This document shows positions 60,219 to 64,000 of a DNA stretch of 64,000 nucleotides, one piece after another. The notes beneath the pieces are model-generated. The model was not told where the DNA came from. It did not search any database and saw only the letters and a program-made list of their open reading frames with translations. Each line of letters begins with the position of its first letter. Position 1 is the first letter of the stretch. The DNA is from Synechococcus sp. (GTDB lineage: Bacteria > Cyanobacteriota > Cyanobacteriia > PCC-6307 > Cyanobiaceae): NCBI GenBank assembly GCA_047284725.1, contig JBJBEO010000001.1, positions 704,001 to 768,000 of the forward strand, given 5' to 3'. The position numbers were made by a program, and so were the translations under genes.

Positions 60219-61175
60219 ATGGTTTCCCTCGCTCAGGGTGTTGCTGCCGTTCTTTCTCCTCTGAGCGGCAAGAATTATCTGTCGTCTGAAGACGCGAGCG
60301 CTGACCAGACCGCCGCGTTGCTCGATCTGGCCCGGCAGCTGAAAAGCGGTGAGCGTCGGATCGATCTCGGCAATCGGGTGTTGGGTCTGATCTTCACCAA
60401 GGCCTCCACGCGTACGCGTGTCAGCTTCCAGGTGGCGATGGCCCGTCTTGGCGGACAGACCGTGGATCTCAATCCCCAGGTCACGCAACTGGGGCGTGGT
60501 GAGCCTTTGGAAGACACCGCACGGGTGCTGAGCCGTTTCTGTGATGCCCTGGCAATTCGCACCTTCGCCCAGCAGGAACTGGTGGATTACGCCCACTGGG
60601 CGACGATCCCGGTGATCAATGCGCTCACCGATCTGGAACATCCCTGCCAAGCCCTCGCTGACTTCCTCACCATGCAGGAGGCCTTCGGTGATCTGCAGGG
60701 ACAAACCCTGGCGTATGTGGGTGATGGCAACAACGTCGCCCACTCCTTGATGATCTGTGGCGCCCTTCTGGGGGTGAATGTGCGCATCGGCTGTCCGGAT
60801 GGGTTTGAGCCTCTTCCCGGCGTGCTCGAGCAGGCCCAGCGTCTTGCCGTCGGTGGTGCCCAGATCTCCGTGACCAGCGACCCTGTGGCCGCCGTGCGCG
60901 GTGCTCAGGCGCTCTACACAGATGTATGGGCGTCGATGGGACAGGAGCAGGAGCAGGCGGAGCGGGAGAAGGCGTTCCAAGGCTTCTGCCTGGATGAAGC
61001 CTTGCTGGCGGAAGCTGATTCCCGCGCCATCGTGTTGCACTGTCTGCCTGCCCATCGCGGTGAGGAGATCAGCCCAGGGGTGATGGAAGGGCCCTCCAGC
61101 CGTATCTTTGATCAGGCTGAAAACCGTCTGCATGCCCAGCAGGCCTTGTTGGCAGCCTTGATGGGCGGTCTTTGA
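60219..61175 (+). CDS. argF: Ornithine carbamoyltransferase
   Basis: STRTRVSF, HPCQALAD, TDVWASMG, LHCLP, QAENRLH. Confidence 0.97.
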   Translation: MVSLAQGVAAVLSPLSGKNYLSSEDASADQTAALLDLARQLKSGERRIDLGNRVLGLIFTKASTRTRVSFQVAMARLGGQTVDLNPQVTQLGRGEPLEDTARVLSRFCDALAIRTFAQQELVDYAHWATIPVINALTDLEHPCQALADFLTMQEAFGDLQGQTLAYVGDGNNVAHSLMICGALLGVNVRIGCPDGFEPLPGVLEQAQRLAVGGAQISVTSDPVAAVRGAQALYTDVWASMGQEQEQAEREKAFQGFCLDEALLAEADSRAIVLHCLPAHRGEEISPGVMEGPSSRIFDQAENRLHAQQALLAALMGGL

Positions 61176-61187
61176 GGCTCGCTGGGC

Positions 61188-61946
61188 GTGGACGTCGGTT
61201 GCCTGGCGAGCCCTTTGCCGATCTCCTTCAGCGGGGGGCCGGTCACGGTGGTCCTAGTGCATGGCTTCACAGGCTCTCCCGCCGAACTGCGGCTTCTGGC
61301 TGAGGCTTGCCATCAGCAGGGCTTTGCCGTGGAGGTGCCACTGCTTGATGGCCATGGCACGGTGCTTGACGATCTGGTGCCGATGAAGCCACAGCGCTGG
61401 ATCGATCAGCTCGATGCGGTGATTCGCACTCAACTTCAGAGAGGGCAGCAGGTGGTGCTTGGGGGGCTGTCGATGGGCTCGATCCTGGCCTTGCAGGCAT
61501 CGATGCGCTGGCCTGAGATTCAAGGCCTGATGCTCTATGCCCCACCCATCGGCAGTCGAGACCTGCGGCGTTTTTTGGCACCACTGCTCACGCGACTGGT
61601 CACCTCTGTGGCCAAGCCCCCCAGTGATTACGTGGATCCCAGCACGGCTGACCGCCTCTGGGCGTACGACCGTTATCCCGTGATCTGCAGCAGTCTGGTG
61701 TTGCAGATGATTGCCAGGGTGAGAAGAGAACTGCGCAGTGTGACCTCGCCGATGCTGGTGATTGCCAGTCACCGCGACAACGTGGTGAGCGCCAGAGGCG
61801 TGGACTTGTTGCTGCAGCGGGTGTCATCTCCCGTGAAGCAGGTGCTGTGGTTGGAGCGCAGCAGCCATGCCGTCACGGCGGATGGGGAGTGGAGGTTGGT
61901 GTGCGAGCGCAGCCTGTCGTTTCTTGACTCCCTCCAGTTGGGTTGA
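61188..61946 (+). CDS. Alpha/beta-hydrolase (carboxylesterase-like)
   Basis: HGFTG, GLSMG nucleophile elbow, D(NVV) and H(AV) triad candidates. Confidence 0.85.
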   Translation: MDVGCLASPLPISFSGGPVTVVLVHGFTGSPAELRLLAEACHQQGFAVEVPLLDGHGTVLDDLVPMKPQRWIDQLDAVIRTQLQRGQQVVLGGLSMGSILALQASMRWPEIQGLMLYAPPIGSRDLRRFLAPLLTRLVTSVAKPPSDYVDPSTADRLWAYDRYPVICSSLVLQMIARVRRELRSVTSPMLVIASHRDNVVSARGVDLLLQRVSSPVKQVLWLERSSHAVTADGEWRLVCERSLSFLDSLQLG

Positions 61947-62020
61947 TCACGACTGCACGGGGTCTGCCGCTGCTGTTGCTTCATTCCGCTGAGGGGGTCT
62001 TGCAAAGGCGTCGACCCACA

Positions 62021-62034
62021 GGTACATATGTATT
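62021..62034. promoter_or_regulatory. Putative cyanobacterial LexA (SOS) box
   Basis: GGTACATATGTATT, one mismatch from the RGTACnnnDGTWCB-type consensus, 21 nt upstream of lexA. Confidence 0.7.
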
Positions 62035-62054
62035 GACTGACGCGTTCAACGCCG

Positions 62055-62672
62055 GTGCCTGCTGGAACTCCCGAGCCCCTCACCCCTGCGCAGCAGGAGC
62101 TATATGACTGGTTGGCTGATTTCATCGGCGCCAATCAACACAGTCCTTCGATTCGCCAGATGATGCAGGCCATGGGCCTGCGTTCCCCGGCCCCGGTGCA
62201 GAGCCGCTTGCGTCATCTTCAGCAGAAGGGTTGGATCACCTGGCAGGAGGGGCAGGCCCGTACCCTTCAGTTGCTTGGAGGTTTGGCCTCTGGCATCCCA
62301 GTGCTGGGGGCTGTTGCCGCTGGTGGTTTGGTGGAAACCTTCGATGATGTGCAGGAGCGGCTGGATTTGGCTCCGGTGCTGGAGACCCAGGGCCTGTTCG
62401 CGCTCACGGTGAATGGTGACTCCATGGTGGATGCCCATATCGCTGATGGAGACGTGGTGTTAATGGAACCGGTGCTGGAAGCATCGCGACTTCGGGAAGG
62501 CACGATTGTGAGTGCCCTGGTGCCTGGCAGTGGCACCACGCTCAAGCACTTCCACCGCGGCAAGGGATTGATCCGCCTTGAAGCGGCGAATCCTGCCTAT
62601 GAACCGCTTGAGTTGCCGGCCGATCAGGTGCAGGTGCAGGGCAAGCTGGTGGCGGTGTGGCGTCAGGTGTAA
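62055..62672 (+). CDS. lexA: SOS repressor LexA
   Basis: PSIRQMM...GLRSPAPVQ HTH, cleavage site VAAG, catalytic GDSM and TLK. Confidence 0.95.
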   Translation: MPAGTPEPLTPAQQELYDWLADFIGANQHSPSIRQMMQAMGLRSPAPVQSRLRHLQQKGWITWQEGQARTLQLLGGLASGIPVLGAVAAGGLVETFDDVQERLDLAPVLETQGLFALTVNGDSMVDAHIADGDVVLMEPVLEASRLREGTIVSALVPGSGTTLKHFHRGKGLIRLEAANPAYEPLELPADQVQVQGKLVAVWRQV

Positions 62673-62751
62673 CAGCCTCCCGGGGAAGCGCACCCGCCGG
62701 TGTAAGGTATTCAGGTCGAAGGCCAAGCCTGAGGGTGTTGCCGACGATCAT

Positions 62752-62824
62752 GGGGCCATAGCTCAGCTGGTAGAGCACCTGCATGGCATGCAGGGGGTCA
62801 GGAGTTCGAGTCTCCTTGGCTCCA
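62752..62824 (+). tRNA. tRNA-Ala (anticodon GGC)
   Basis: Cloverleaf: GGGGCCA/TGGCTCC acceptor stem with G3:U70, CCTGC-ATGGCAT-GCAGG anticodon arm, TTCGA T-loop; CCA not encoded. Confidence 0.97.
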
Positions 62825-62835
62825 TTCTTAAAAGC

Positions 62836-62856
62836 CCAGTTAACCACTGGTTTTTT
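62836..62856 (+). terminator. Short hairpin plus T-tract after the tRNA
   Basis: CCAGT-taacc-ACTGG followed by TTTTTT. Confidence 0.5.
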
Positions 62857-62966
62857 GGCGGCTTCAAGACCGCTTTTTTGTTGTCCGACTACGGCTGGCT
62901 ATGGCCTGTTAGGGCTGTTCTGCTCTAAATCCTGCTCTAAAACTGCTTCAGAGCACGACGCCTGAA

Positions 62967-64000
62967 ATGCCTGCCCAGAAGTGGGAAAAGACCCTTCGTC
63001 AGCAGATCAGGGACAACCACGGCAATGGTTGGAACGTCATTGCTCAGAGCGGCAAGACCAAGCTCACTCGCCGGTATGAAGACGGCAGCAAAAGCGCCAA
63101 GGTGCTTCCAATCGAATGGAAAGCAACCAACAGCGTCGAGATCCTCAATGCCGTCACAAGGTGCCGTGAGCTTTGTGAAAGCAGGAACATCAGCCTTGCT
63201 GAGGCAGTCCGTTTGGACACAGAGACGCTTTCTGTCCCTGATGACCACAACGGCACTGCCAACCAAGGTTGGCCAGCTGTTGTTGAGGAGTACCTAGCCA
63301 CCAAGCAAGGTCGCCGCAGCACGACGCTTGCTGACCTCAGAACACGTCTGAAGCGTGTTTTGAGGTGTATGGAAAGCAGACCAAAGCCACGCGATTCAAG
63401 GGCGCTTCTTAAGCGGTTTGCGGAACTGCACTTCACCGACATGGCACCAGGTGGCCAGGGTCGAAAACGGAACCTTGGTGATGCCTGCGCCTTTTTGACT
63501 TACGCAGTCAACAAAGCTGGTGCGCCACAGCGTTGGTTGCCGCCAGAAAAGGCGTTCATCAATGAGCTGATCGGTGTTGCCGCTACATCTACAGAGGAAC
63601 GCTTAACGCCTCCCGTAAAACCTGCAGACCTTGCTGCGTTGCTTGATCAAATGGAAGCCGATGGTCGTCATGACCTTCGACTTGCTGTTGGTCTTGTCGC
63701 GCTGTTTGGTCTTCGACCAGCTGAGCTGGCCGTGTTGAAAGTCAAGGGCGACAAGCTCTATTGCGGCCACGTCAAACGCAATGCAGCAACGCTGGCGCAG
63801 AAAGCAAAGCCACCTAGACGTTGCTTGCCATTGGACATCGCTGGCCGTGAAGGCGAAGGCAAGCGTCTACTGCAGCTGTATTCATCCGGGTTGGTGAAGT
63901 TGCCTGCAGCTGTGTTGAACGAAATCAGCAAGGTCGACTCCAAAGGGACTTTTCAGGAAGTCGGCCATGCGTTTGGTCAGCTGCTGAAGCGTTATGAGCC
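62967..64000 (+). CDS. Tyrosine recombinase/phage-type integrase, truncated by the window end; not in the ORF track
   Basis: Manual translation from ATG 62967: MPAQKWEKTLRQQIRDNHGNGWNV... with box-I motif LAVGLVALFGLRPAEL near 63680-63730; no stop seen before the window end; directly after a tRNA. Confidence 0.85.
   Translation, partial: MPAQKWEKTLRQQIRDNHGNGWNVIAQSGKTKLTRRYEDGSKSAKVLPIEWKATNSVEILNAVTRCRELCESRNISLAEAVRLDTETLSVPDDHNGTANQGWPAVVEEYLATKQGRRSTTLADLRTRLKRVLRCMESRPKPRDSRALLKRFAELHFTDMAPGGQGRKRNLGDACAFLTYAVNKAGAPQRWLPPEKAFINELIGVAATSTEERLTPPVKPADLAALLDQMEADGRHDLRLAVGLVALFGLRPAELAVLKVKGDKLYCGHVKRNAATLAQKAKPPRRCLPLDIAGREGEGKRLLQLYSSGLVKLPAAVLNEISKVDSKGTFQEVGHAFGQLLKRYE

Larger units (their letters stand above)
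62825..64000 (+). mobile_element. Left end of a tRNA-Ala-targeted integrative element or genomic island
   Basis: tRNA followed by a short repeat-containing spacer and an integrase; sequence looks less GC-rich than the core genes. Confidence 0.7.

Noticed and set aside
59730..61133. 467-aa ORF antisense to ftsH/argF, and similar long antisense ORFs elsewhere
   Set aside because: No motifs; fully overlaps well-supported genes
62937..63943. Short ORFs listed in the track after the tRNA
   Set aside because: All overlap the continuous integrase frame starting at 62967

Overview
GC-rich cyanobacterial chromosome segment, most consistent with a marine Synechococcus (inferred from gene content and order; not verified by search). 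The core backbone includes a sigma factor 3' end, pdhA, ftn2/ARC6, ffh, rpsP, phoH, era, a CpcS-type lyase, trmD, ispF, larB/cpmA, thiS/thiE, ribF, surE, pheS, NAD kinase, cbiE/T, a GH116, ribD, NfeD plus two flotillins, ftsH, argF, lexA and tRNA-Ala(GGC). Several accessory segments interrupt it: (i) a DUF3104/PilZ mini-insert after era; (ii) a GGDEF C-terminal relic; (iii) an isolated phycobilisome linker with a CpcL-like hydrophobic tail; (iv) a ~21.7 kb cluster (28.1-49.8 kb) with four secreted DUF1254/DUF1214 paralogues, a flavin amine oxidase, an outer-membrane beta-barrel, a formylglycine-generating enzyme, an arylsulfatase, an AraC regulator, a sulfotransferase, a low-complexity secreted protein, an MFS transporter and a multidomain GH18 chitinase; (v) a tyrosine integrase directly after tRNA-Ala that runs off the window end. 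Family assignments come from recognising motifs by eye; no database searches were run.
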